In this document: one piece after another, positions 48,574-58,650 of the stretch | Numbering within the stretch: position 1 is the first letter of the stretch | Layout of the letters: each line of letters starts with the position of its first letter | Made by a program: the position numbers and the translations under genes | The notes under the pieces: model-generated | What the model was told of the DNA's origin: nothing | What the model saw: the letters and a program-made list of their open reading frames with translations, nothing else | Databases searched by the model: none | From: Actinomycetota bacterium | GTDB taxonomy: Bacteria; Actinomycetota; Actinomycetes; Streptosporangiales; Streptosporangiaceae | Direction of reading: 5' to 3' | DNA length: 64,000 nt | Assembly (NCBI GenBank): GCA_048498315.1 | Contig: JBEHYF010000009.1 | Span: 1,884 to 65,883, forward strand

Positions 48574-50298
48574 TCAGGCGGAGGCATCTTCGCCGGCGGA
48601 CGGCGGGACCTGCCAGTCCAGCACCGTGCCGCCGCCCTCGCGCGGCCCGACCTCGAAGGTGCCGCCGAGGGCGGCGGCGCGCTCGGCCATGTTGCGCAGG
48701 CCGCTGCGCCGGCCGCCCTCCGGGATGCCGACGCCGTCGTCCTCGACCCGCAGGGTGAGCCGGTCGCCGCGGACCGCCAGCGCGACGGTGACGTGCCGCG
48801 CCTGCGCGTGCCGGGCGACGTTGGACAGCGCCTCCTGGAGGACGGCCAGGACGTTCTCGCCGGTGACCTCGTCGACCACCGTGTCCAGCAGGCCGTCGAG
48901 GCGCACGGCCGGGGCGAAGCCCAGGGTCTCGGCGGCGCTGTCGACGACGCCGTGCACCCGGGTGCGCAGCGTCTGCCCCGTCGTGGTCTGCAACGCGAAG
49001 ATCGTCGAGCGGATCTGCCGGATCGTGTCGTCCAGGTCGTCGACGGCCCGCTGCACGCGCACGGCGACCTCACGCTTCTCCGTCATCTTGATGGCGCTCA
49101 TGAGGGTGATGGCGGTGGCGAAGAGCCGCTGGATCACGGTGTCGTGCAGGTCTTTGGCGATCCGGTCGCGGTCTTCCAGGACCACGAGGCGCTCGGCGTC
49201 GCGGCGCCGGTCGGCGAGCTCCAGGGCGACGGCGGCCTGGGCCGCGAACGGCTCCAGCAGGCGGCGCACCGGCTCGCCGAAGACCGCCTTGCCGGGCTCG
49301 CTCGCGACCATCAGCACGCCGCGGGCGCCGGTGCCGTGCCCCAGTGGAACGATGAGCGCCGGGCCGAACGGGACGTCGGCGGGCACGCCGAACCGGCGGG
49401 CCTCGTCGCCGGCGTCCACGAGCGCCAGCGGCTCGCCGCTGCGGTAGACGTGGCTCGCCGCGGCGTCGCCGTCGACCGGCACGTGCAGGCCTTGAAGGCG
49501 GCCGGCCCGCTCGCCGGACACCGTCTCGACGACCAGCCCGTCGCCCTCGGCGAGCGCGACCCAGGCCACGTCGGCGTCGCAGATCTGCCGCGCGCGCTCA
49601 GCCACCAGCGCGATGACGTCGCCGGACCCGGTTCCCGACAGCAGAGACGTCGAGACCTCGGCCGACGCCTCGAGCCAGCGCTCGCGGCGGCGCGCGTCCT
49701 GGTACAGGCGGGCGTTCTCGATCGCCACGCCGGCCGCGGTGGCCAAGGCGATCAGCACGCTCTCGTCGTCCTCGTCGAACTCGCCGCCGCCGACCTTCTC
49801 GGTCAGGTAGAGGTTGCCGAACACCTCGTCGCGGACCCGGATGGGCACGCCGAGGAAGCTGCGCATCGACGGATGGTTCTCCGGGAACCCGGTGAACTCC
49901 GGGTGCGCGCTCAGATCGGCCAGCCGCAGCGCGTGCGGCTCCTTGATCAGCAGTCCGAGGATGCCCTCGCCGTGCGGCCAGTGCCTGATCGCGGCGATCT
50001 CCTCATCGTCGGCCCCGACCGTGACGAACTGTACAAGCCGGTCGCCGTCCCCGATGACGCCCAAGGCGCCGTAGCGGGCGTCGACCAGCGTCTTCGCGGC
50101 CTCGACGATGCGGCGCAGCACCGTCTCCAGATCGAGGTCGCTGCCGATCGAGACGACGGCCTCCAGCAGCGCGTGCACCCGGTCGCGGGTGGCCAGCACC
50201 GCGTTGAGCCTCGTCTGCAACTCGCCCAGCAGGTCATCCAGCCGCAACTGGGGCAGGCTGAGGCGAGTGTCGTCGTCTCCCGGCGGTTGGACAGGCAC
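48574..50298 (-). CDS. devS: GAF-GAF sensor histidine kinase, DevS/DosS-like
   Basis: GFPENHPSMRSFLGVPI (heme-ligand His position), RIAKDLHDTVIQRLFA H-box, EALSNVARHA, DDGVG, GLRNMAERA; AGGAGG RBS before GTG 50298. Confidence 0.85.
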   Translation of the reverse strand: MPVQPPGDDDTRLSLPQLRLDDLLGELQTRLNAVLATRDRVHALLEAVVSIGSDLDLETVLRRIVEAAKTLVDARYGALGVIGDGDRLVQFVTVGADDEEIAAIRHWPHGEGILGLLIKEPHALRLADLSAHPEFTGFPENHPSMRSFLGVPIRVRDEVFGNLYLTEKVGGGEFDEDDESVLIALATAAGVAIENARLYQDARRRERWLEASAEVSTSLLSGTGSGDVIALVAERARQICDADVAWVALAEGDGLVVETVSGERAGRLQGLHVPVDGDAAASHVYRSGEPLALVDAGDEARRFGVPADVPFGPALIVPLGHGTGARGVLMVASEPGKAVFGEPVRRLLEPFAAQAAVALELADRRRDAERLVVLEDRDRIAKDLHDTVIQRLFATAITLMSAIKMTEKREVAVRVQRAVDDLDDTIRQIRSTIFALQTTTGQTLRTRVHGVVDSAAETLGFAPAVRLDGLLDTVVDEVTGENVLAVLQEALSNVARHAQARHVTVALAVRGDRLTLRVEDDGVGIPEGGRRSGLRNMAERAAALGGTFEVGPREGGGTVLDWQVPPSAGEDASA

Positions 50299-50408
50299 GT
50301 CGACGGTTCCTCCTGTAGGCCGCGTCGTCCCCATCATCATCCCAGTCCCGGGCGACCCCCAGGGAGGCCCTCCGACCGGCGACATACAGGATACGAACCG
50401 CCGATCGG

Positions 50409-53043
50409 TCAGCGGAGCCGGCGCAGGTAGGGATCCCAGCGCCGCCCGGGCACCACCCGCACGCGGGCGTCCACGGCGACGGTGCCGTCGGCCCGGGCGA
50501 TGACCGGGTTGAGGTCCAGCTCCGCGACGCCGGGGTGGTCGTCGGCCAGGCGGGACAGCCGCAGCAGGACGTCCTCCAGCGCCGCCGTGTCGACCGAAGG
50601 CCGGCCGCGGTGGCCGAGCAGCAGCGGCGCGCCGCGGATCGAGCGGACCAGCTCAGCGGCGTCCACGTCGGTCAGCGGGGTGAGCCGGGCGCACCGGTCG
50701 CCCAGGACCTCCGTCGCGACGCCGCCGAGCCCGAAGACGACCAGCGGGCCGAACACCGGTTCCTGGACGATGCCGCACAGCACCTCGACGCCCTCGGCGG
50801 CCATCGCCTGCACGAGCACGCCGCGCAGGCCGGCGAAGCGCGCCGCGAACCCGCCATAGGCGCTGCGGACGTCGGCCGCGCCGCGCAGGCCGAGCCGTAC
50901 CGCCCCGGCGTCGCTCTTGTGTATCAGGCCGGGCACGTCCGCCTTGAGCGCGACCTCGCCGCCCAGCTCGGCAGCCGCCGCGACGGCCTCCTCGGCCGTG
51001 CGGGCCCAGCGCCAGGGCGCCAGCGGCAGGCCGTACGCGGCGAGCAGCGCCATCGTCTCCGGCGGTGACAGCCAGCCGCCGTCGGGGTGAGCGCCGAGGA
51101 AATCGGCGATCACCCGCGCCGCCGCGTCCGGCCCTCGACGGCGCGCGGCCGAGGGGACGCCGCAGCCACCGGCCGTAGGCGCAGGCTCGCGCCATGGCGC
51201 GGGCCGCGTCCTCGGGGAACGCGTACGACGGGACGTGCCGGTCGCCCGGCCCGGACCGTACGGCGACGGGCTCGGGCTGGTCGAGGAGGACGGCCGCCAT
51301 CGGCTTGGCGGCACCACCGGCCCCCAGCCGCTCGGCGGGGTCGGACACGGCGGTCGGGACCACGACCGCGATGACCGCGTCGACCGCGTCGTCGGCGGCG
51401 ACGACGTCGAGGCAGCGGGCGAACACGCCCGGGGAGATCGCCGCGGTGGTGTCGACCGGCCCGGCGCACGCAGCGCCGTGCGGCAGCAGCCGCGCCAGCG
51501 CGCGGACGGTCGGCTCCGACAGCGCCGCGGCGGTCAGGCCGGCGTCGGCGCAGGCATCGGCGGTCAGCACGCCGGCGCCGCCGACGTTCGACACGATCGC
51601 CACCCGCGGGCCGGCCGGCACCGGCTGGTGGGCCAGCAGCGCGGCGGCGCCGACCAACTCGCCGAGGCCGCGGGTGACGATGATGCCGGCCTGCTGGAAC
51701 AGCGCCTCCTGGGTCACGGCCGGGGTGGCCGCGGCGGCGGTGTGCGAGGCCGCCGCCCGCTGCCCCGCCGCCGACCGTCCGGCGACGACGGTGAGCAGCG
51801 GCATCCGGCGGGCCACCCGGCGCGCCGTACGGGCGAACTTGCGGGGGTTGCCGAACGACTCCACGTGCAGCACGCCGAGGTGGGTGGTGGCGTCGGACTC
51901 CCACCACATGAGCAGGTCGTTGCTGCTGACGTCGTACTTGTCGCCGACCGACACGAAGGACGACACGCCGATACCCAGGCGCGACAGACGATCGCGCAGC
52001 GCGATGCCGATCCCGCCGGACTGGACGACGATGCCGGCGACGCCGGGGCGGACCGGCCGGGCGGCGAACGTCGCGTCCAGCCCGGCGGCGGTGTCGGCGA
52101 CGCCGAAGCAGTTCGGGCCGACGAGCCGCATGCCATACTTGTGGCAGACGGCGAGCAGCCCGGCACCTTCGACGCCGGAGGTGATCACGACGAGCGCGCG
52201 GGCGCCCCGGCGGCCGCAGTCCTCCGCGACCGGCACCACGGCGTCCGGCGGCACCGCGACCACCGCCAGGTCGGGGGCCTCGGGAAGGTCCGTGACGGAG
52301 CGGAAGCACGGCACGCCGGCGAGCAGCGCGCCCGCCCGCGGGTTCACCGCCCACACCGTGCCGCGGAACGGCGAGGAGACCAGGCGGCGCAGGACCGCCC
52401 CGCCCACGGAGTCCGCCCGGCGGCCCGCGCCGACGACCGCGATCGACGCCGGGCGCAGCACGTGCGCCAGGCTCTCGACGTCGGCGCGCCGCTCCCGTTC
52501 GGCGACCGCGTCGAGGTAGGGCGCGTCGGTCGCGAGCGGCATGGTGACCTCGACGATGCCGCCGGCGACGCGGCGGCGCACCGGCAGCCCGGCGGAGGAG
52601 AAGACCCGTAGCATCGTGACGTTCTGCATCAGCGTCTGGGCGCGGAACTCGCGGACGCCGCGCTCACGGGCCAGCGACACGAGGTGCTCCAGCAGGAGTG
52701 TGCCGACACCGCGGCCGTGCATGTCGTCCGCGACGGCGAGCGCGATCTCCGCGACGCCCTCCTCGCCGGCCGGGTCGTACTCGGCGACGCCGACGAGGTC
52801 CCCGGCGAGCCACAGGCCGAGGGCGGCCCCCTCCGGGCCGGAGTCGCGGCACAGGTGCGCGGCCACCTCGTCGGCGGTGCGCTCGCCATGGCCGAAGAAG
52901 CGCAGGTAGAGGTTGTCGGGCGACATTCCGCGGTGCAGGTCGCGGACGGCGTCGAGATCGTCCGTACCCAGCGCCCGGATCCGCACGGGCGTGCCGTCGA
53001 TGAGCAGCGCGTAGACGGCCTCGGAGGACGCGGTATCCGGCAT
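50409..53043 (-). pseudogene. GNAT + CoA-binding + ATP-grasp fusion (PatA/acetate-CoA ligase-like), split by a frameshift near 51130-51145
   Basis: YLRFF GNAT; GMRLVGPNCFG, SVGDK, ASHT in 53043-51150; LKAD...HKSD.GAV, ELDLNPV continue in another frame; could be a sequencing error. Confidence 0.8.
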
Positions 53044-53100
53044 GTCCCAAGCATTCGCCCGCACGCCGGTCCGGTCAGCAGGCGCAGGTCACCATGGAAA

Positions 53101-53114
53101 GGGACCTTCGGCCC
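53101..53114. promoter_or_regulatory. DosR-like box GGGAC-CTTC-GGCCC between divergent GNAT-ligase and P-type ATPase genes
   Basis: Near-palindromic core in a 127-nt intergenic region. Confidence 0.55.
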
Positions 53115-53170
53115 GCGTCCCGGCCCCGACGGCCGCTCCCGCGCGGCGGTACCCGGCGGACGCTGGGATC

Positions 53171-55921
53171 ATGACGAGTCCCGCGCTGTCGCCCCCCGAC
53201 CCGCGCGAACCGCTCCCCCGGCTGCGCCGCGACCTGCGCACCGGCCCGCGGGGGCTGTCCTCCCGCGAGGCCGACCGCAGGCTCGCCGTGTACGGGCCGA
53301 ACGAGGTCCGGCGGCGGCACCGGCGGTCGCTGCTCGACGAGCTCGTGGGCCAGCTCGTGCACCCGCTCGCCCTGCTGCTGTGGGTGGCGGGCGTACTGGC
53401 GTACGTGGCGGGCACGCCGGTGCTGGCCGCCGCGATCGTCGCGGTGATCCTCCTCAACGCCGTCTTCGCGCTCCTGCAGGAACGGCAGGCCGAGCGGGCG
53501 GTCGAGGCGCTCGCCCGCTACCTGCCCGAGCACGCGCGGGTGGTACGGGACGGCCGCGAGGTGACCGTGGCGGTCGCCGCGGTGGTGCCGGGCGACATCG
53601 TGCTGCTCGGCGAGGGCGACAAGGTGCCCGCCGACGCCCGGCTGATCGACGGCGCGCTCGAGGTGGACATGTCCATGCTGACCGGCGAGTCGCTGCCGGT
53701 GAGCCGGCGGGCCGGCCCGTCCGAGAACGGCGCGCCGGCGCTGCGCGAGCACAACCTGGTCTTCAGCGGCACCACCTGCGCCGGCGGCGAGGCCCGTGCG
53801 GTGGTCTTCGCCACCGGCGATCACACCGAGCTGGGCCGCATCGCGGCGCTCAGCCAGCGCACCGCACGCGAGCGGAGCCCCCTCGAGGTGCAGGTCAAGC
53901 GGGTCGCGTGGCTGATCGCGGCGGTCGCCGTCGGCGGGGGCGCCGCGTTCCTGGTGATCGGGCTGGTGTCGGGGATGGCCGCGGCGGCGGCGCTGACGTT
54001 CGCGATCGGGCTGCTGGTGGCGAACGTGCCGGAAGGGCTGCTGCCCACGATCACGCTCGCGCTCGCCGTCGGCGTGCGGTCGCTGGCCCGCCGGGGCGCG
54101 GTCGTCAAGCGGCTCAGCGCCGTGGAGACGCTCGGGTCGACGGCGGTGATCTGCACGGACAAGACCGGGACGCTGACGCAGAACCGGATGCGCCTGCAGG
54201 CCGTGTGGACGCCGCTCGGCGCCGCCGACCGGTCCGATCCGCACCCGGCCGGATTCGAGGAGCTGGCGGCGGCGATGGCCGAGTGCACCACGGTCGGCCG
54301 CGACGGCCGGACGCTGACCGGCGACCCGACCGAGATCGCCCTCGTGGAGGCCGCGGCCTGGCTGGGCCGCCCGGCCGACCTGGCCGCACGGGACGAGCGC
54401 CGCCTGGCCCTGTTCCGCTTCGACCCGTTGCTGCGGCTGATGTCGGTCGTCACCCGGGCCGGCGCGGCGGAAGGCGACGCGGTGCCGTTCAGTGCCGCGG
54501 CTGACCCGTCCGGGGCGGGCGTGCCACCGGCGGCCGGCGCCGCTCCCCCGGGCACCGCCGGGCCGGTGAGCGTGTACGTGAAGGGCGCACCCGAGGCGGT
54601 GCTCGCCCGCACGGCGGACCCCGGACGCGACCGCGCGCTCGCCGAGGCGGCCGCGCTGGCCCGGCGCGGGCTGCGGGTGCTCGCCGCCGCCCGCCGCGAC
54701 CTCGCCCGGGTGCCGGCGCGGCGAGAGGACGCCGAGCGCGACCTGCGGCTGATCGGCCTGGTCGGCCTGTACGACCCGCCCCGGCCGGAGGTCGCCGCGG
54801 CCGTGCGCCGCTGCCACCACGCGGGCGTGCGGGTGCACGTCGTCACCGGCGACAACGGGGTGACCGCGGCGGAGATCGCCCGCGAGGTCGGCATCGGCCG
54901 GCCGCGGCTGCACGTGGTGGCCGAGGCCGAGCACGTCCACGACCACGAGCTGGACGAGCTGCTCGCCGAGGAGCAGGAGATCGTCTTCGCCCGCTCGTCG
55001 CCGGAGACGAAGCTGCGGGTCGCCGACGCGCTGCACGCCCGCGGGCAGGTCGTGGCGATGACGGGGGACGGCGTGAACGACGCGCCCGCGCTGCACCGCG
55101 CCGACATCGGCGTCGCGATGGGACGGTCGGGCACCGACGTGGCCCGTGAGGCGGCGACGATGGTGCTCACGGACGACAACTTCGCCACCATCGTGGCCGC
55201 GATCGAGGCGGGCCGCCGCGTCTACGACAACGTGCGCAAGTTCATCCTCTACATCTTCGCGCACGCCGTCCCGGAGGTCGTGCCGTTCCTCGTCTTCGCG
55301 CTCAGCGCCGGCGCCGTGCCGCTGCCGCTGACCGTGCTGCAGATCCTCGCCATCGACCTGGGCACCGAGACGCTGCCCGCGCTGGCCCTGGGCCGCGAGC
55401 CGGCCGAGCCGGGCATCATGGACCGGCCGCCGCGCCGCCGCGGCCAGAGCGTGATCACCGGCGGCATGCTCGCCCGGGCCTGGGGGCTGCTCGGCATCGT
55501 GTCCGCCGTCTTGGTGCTGGTCGCGTTCTTCTTCGTGCTGTGGCGGGCCGGCTGGCGGCCCGGTGACGCGACCGGCGCAGGCAGCCCGCTGCACCACGCG
55601 TACGTGGAGGCGACCACCGCGACCTTCGCCGGCATCGTGATGTGCCAGGTCGGCACCGCGTTCGCCGCCCGTACGGAGCGCGCGTCGCTGCGGCGGGTGG
55701 GGCTGACGAGCAACCCGTTGCTGCTGTGGGGCATCGCGTTCGAGCTGGCGTTCACGGCCCTCCTGGTCTACGCGCCCCCCGTCCAGCGGGTGTTCGGCAC
55801 GGCGGCGCTGCCCCTGGACGTGGTCGCGGTGATCATTGCCTTCCCGTTCGTGGTCTGGAGCGTCGACGAGCTGCACCGGCTGCTGATCCGGCGCCGCTGG
55901 GCGGCACGCGGGGCCGGCTGA
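53171..55921 (+). CDS. P2-type cation-transporting ATPase (CtpF-like)
   Basis: [39 protein letters not shown]. Confidence 0.95.
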   Translation: MTSPALSPPDPREPLPRLRRDLRTGPRGLSSREADRRLAVYGPNEVRRRHRRSLLDELVGQLVHPLALLLWVAGVLAYVAGTPVLAAAIVAVILLNAVFALLQERQAERAVEALARYLPEHARVVRDGREVTVAVAAVVPGDIVLLGEGDKVPADARLIDGALEVDMSMLTGESLPVSRRAGPSENGAPALREHNLVFSGTTCAGGEARAVVFATGDHTELGRIAALSQRTARERSPLEVQVKRVAWLIAAVAVGGGAAFLVIGLVSGMAAAAALTFAIGLLVANVPEGLLPTITLALAVGVRSLARRGAVVKRLSAVETLGSTAVICTDKTGTLTQNRMRLQAVWTPLGAADRSDPHPAGFEELAAAMAECTTVGRDGRTLTGDPTEIALVEAAAWLGRPADLAARDERRLALFRFDPLLRLMSVVTRAGAAEGDAVPFSAAADPSGAGVPPAAGAAPPGTAGPVSVYVKGAPEAVLARTADPGRDRALAEAAALARRGLRVLAAARRDLARVPARREDAERDLRLIGLVGLYDPPRPEVAAAVRRCHHAGVRVHVVTGDNGVTAAEIAREVGIGRPRLHVVAEAEHVHDHELDELLAEEQEIVFARSSPETKLRVADALHARGQVVAMTGDGVNDAPALHRADIGVAMGRSGTDVAREAATMVLTDDNFATIVAAIEAGRRVYDNVRKFILYIFAHAVPEVVPFLVFALSAGAVPLPLTVLQILAIDLGTETLPALALGREPAEPGIMDRPPRRRGQSVITGGMLARAWGLLGIVSAVLVLVAFFFVLWRAGWRPGDATGAGSPLHHAYVEATTATFAGIVMCQVGTAFAARTERASLRRVGLTSNPLLLWGIAFELAFTALLVYAPPVQRVFGTAALPLDVVAVIIAFPFVVWSVDELHRLLIRRRWAARGAG

Positions 55922-56142
55922 CCGACCGGAGGTGCGGGCGCGGGCCGGTGCGGGCGCCGGGCGGCGCGGCGCCTCCAGCGCCCGGCGCCCCGGCGGGCGT
56001 TCCCGGCCCTCCGGCGCCGACCCCGCGTTCCGGCGGCTCCGCTCCCTCCCCCGGCGGCGCTCCGGGCGGCCCGGCGGCGGCCCTCGCGGCGGTTCCGGCG
56101 TCCTCCGCCCGCGTACCGCCGCGCTCTCCGCCGTGCTCGGCA

Positions 56143-56156
56143 GGGACGGAAGTCCC
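56143..56156. promoter_or_regulatory. DosR-like box GGGAC-GGAA-GTCCC upstream of GH65
   Basis: Perfect GGGAC/GTCCC half-sites. Confidence 0.55.
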
Positions 56157-56238
56157 GGCGCACGGGGAAGTCCGCCTCTGCCGCGGCCGGCGCGGCACGG
56201 ATGGAATCGGGGCAGGGACGAGACGAGGAGGGCAGGCC

Positions 56239-58650
56239 ATGCCGGCGTGGCTTGTCACGTACGAGGGCGTCGACCCGGCCCGCGAACGGCTGCGCGAGGC
56301 CCTGTGCACGCTGGGCAACGGGTACTTCGCCACGCGCGGCTCCGCCCCCGAGGCGACCGCCGACGCCGTGCACCATCCCGGCACCTACATCGCCGGCTGC
56401 TACGACCGCCTGCCGTCGCGGATCGCCGGGCGCACGGTCGTGAACGAGGACCTGGTGAACGCGCCGAACTGGCTGCCGCTGACCTTCCGGCCCGAGGGCG
56501 GCGAGTGGTTCGCGCCGGGCGCCGGGCGGATCCTCGACCACTGGCAGCGGCTCGACCTGCGCGGCGGCCTGCTCACCCGGCGGCTGCGGCACCAGGACGC
56601 CGCGGGACGGATCACCGAGGTCGAGCAGGAGCGGCTCGTGTCGATGGACGACCCGCACCTGGCCGCCCTGCGCACCGTCATCCGCCCGGAGAACTGGTCC
56701 GGCCTCCTGGAGATCCGCTCCGGCCTGGACGGCCGGGTGCGCAACGACGGCGTCGCCCGGTACCGGGGGCTGGCCGACGCCCACCTGGAGATCCGCGGGA
56801 CCGGCGGCGAGGCGGACCTGATCTGGCTGGAGGCCGAGACCGTCACGTCGGCGGTGCGGATCGCGCTGACCGCCCGTACGGCGGTCGCCGGCCGGGAGCC
56901 CGCGGCCGAGGAGACGCGGACCGAGCCCGGGTGGGTGGCCCGGCACGCGACCGTGGCGGTGCGCCCGGAGGAGCCGGTGACGGTCGAGAAGATCGTGGCG
57001 CTGTACACGTCGCGGGACCACGCCACCGGCGGCTACGCCGAGGCGTCCCGGCTGGGCGCCGAGCGCGCCCCGTCCTTCCGCGGGCTGCGCGAACGGCACA
57101 CCCTCGCCTGGGACCACCTGTGGCGGCGCGGCGTGCTCGACGTGGGCCGCACGAGCGCACAGCGCACGATCCACCTGCACCTGTTCCACCTGCTGCAGAC
57201 CGCGTCGCCGCACATCGTCGGCCTGGACGTCGGCGTGCCCGCGCGCGGGCTGCACGGCGAGGCGTACCGCGGGCACGTGTTCTGGGACGAGCTGTTCGTG
57301 CTGCCGTTCCTCAGCCTGCGCCTGCCCGACGTCGTCCGGTCGCTGCTGCTGTACCGGTGGCGGCGGCTGCCGGCGGCCCGCCGGGCGGCGCGGGAGGCCG
57401 GGCACGCGGGCGCGATGTACCCGTGGCAGAGCGCCGGGGACGGCCGCGAGGAGACCCCGCTCGTCCACTTCAACCCGCGGTCGGGGCGCTGGCTGCCGGA
57501 CAACTCGCGGCTGCAGCGGCACATCGGGCTGGCGGTCGCCTACTGCGTGTGGCAGTACTACGAGGCGACCGGGGACGTGGCGTTCCTGTCCGCGCACGGC
57601 GCCGAGATGCTCGTGGAGATCGCCCGGTTCTGGGCCGACCTGGCGGCGCTCGATCCCGCCTCGGGCCGGTACACGATCTCCGGCGTGATCGGCCCGGACG
57701 AGTATCACGACGCCTACCCGGGCGCGGCCGTACCGGGACTGGCCGACAACGCCTACACGAACGTCATGGCGGCCTGGACCCTGTCCCGGGCGCTCGACGT
57801 GCTGGAGCTGCTGCCGCCGGCGCGGCGCGAGGAGCTGGCCGAGCGCCTGGAGCTGTCCCCCGCGGAGCTCGCCCGCATGGACGAGGTGAGCCGGCGGCTG
57901 CGGGTGGTGTTCCACGCCGACGGCGTGATCAGCCAGTTCGCCGGCTATGAGGACCTGGCCGAGTTCGACTGGAACGGCTACCGCGCCAAATACGGCGACA
58001 TCCGCCGCCTGGACCGCATCCTGGAGGCCGAGGGCGACTCGCCGAACCGGTACAAGGCGTCCAAGCAGGCCGACGTGCTCATGCTGTTCTACCTGCTGTC
58101 CGCCGCCGAGCTGAGCGCGCTGTTCGCCCGGCTCGGGTACGCGCTCGACCACGACACGATCCGCCGGACCGTCGAGTACTACCTGGCCCGCACCTCGCAC
58201 GGCTCGACGCTGAGCGCGGTCACGCACGCGTGGGTGCTGGCGCGGTCCGACCGCCGCGCCTCCTGGCGGTTCTTCCTGGAGGCCCTCGACAGCGACGTGC
58301 ACGACGTGCAGGGCGGCACGACCGGCGAGGGCATCCACCTGGGCGCCATGGCCGGCACCCTGGACCTGGCGCAGCGCTGCTACACCGGCCTGGAGCCGCG
58401 CGGCGACGTTCTCCGCCTCAACCCGAACCTGCCGCCGGGGCTGCCCGGCCTCGGCATGGAGCTGCACTACCGCGGGCACTGGGGCGTGCGGCTGCGCACC
58501 ACGCACGAGGGCATCCGGATCGGCCTGCGCCGGTCGGTCCAGCCGCCGATCCAGGTCGCGGTCGGCGGCGGGCCGGTGACCACCCTCCGCGCCGGGCAGA
58601 CGCTGTGGTTCGCCGCGCCGTCGTCGATGCGGAACGAGGAGCCGGCATGA
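56239..58650 (+). CDS. Glycoside hydrolase family 65 (trehalose/maltose phosphorylase-like)
   Basis: LGNGYFATRG, GLHGEAYRGHVFWDE, GPDEYH, KQADVLML, HGSTLS; GAGGAGG RBS. Confidence 0.93.
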   Translation: MPAWLVTYEGVDPARERLREALCTLGNGYFATRGSAPEATADAVHHPGTYIAGCYDRLPSRIAGRTVVNEDLVNAPNWLPLTFRPEGGEWFAPGAGRILDHWQRLDLRGGLLTRRLRHQDAAGRITEVEQERLVSMDDPHLAALRTVIRPENWSGLLEIRSGLDGRVRNDGVARYRGLADAHLEIRGTGGEADLIWLEAETVTSAVRIALTARTAVAGREPAAEETRTEPGWVARHATVAVRPEEPVTVEKIVALYTSRDHATGGYAEASRLGAERAPSFRGLRERHTLAWDHLWRRGVLDVGRTSAQRTIHLHLFHLLQTASPHIVGLDVGVPARGLHGEAYRGHVFWDELFVLPFLSLRLPDVVRSLLLYRWRRLPAARRAAREAGHAGAMYPWQSAGDGREETPLVHFNPRSGRWLPDNSRLQRHIGLAVAYCVWQYYEATGDVAFLSAHGAEMLVEIARFWADLAALDPASGRYTISGVIGPDEYHDAYPGAAVPGLADNAYTNVMAAWTLSRALDVLELLPPARREELAERLELSPAELARMDEVSRRLRVVFHADGVISQFAGYEDLAEFDWNGYRAKYGDIRRLDRILEAEGDSPNRYKASKQADVLMLFYLLSAAELSALFARLGYALDHDTIRRTVEYYLARTSHGSTLSAVTHAWVLARSDRRASWRFFLEALDSDVHDVQGGTTGEGIHLGAMAGTLDLAQRCYTGLEPRGDVLRLNPNLPPGLPGLGMELHYRGHWGVRLRTTHEGIRIGLRRSVQPPIQVAVGGGPVTTLRAGQTLWFAAPSSMRNEEPA

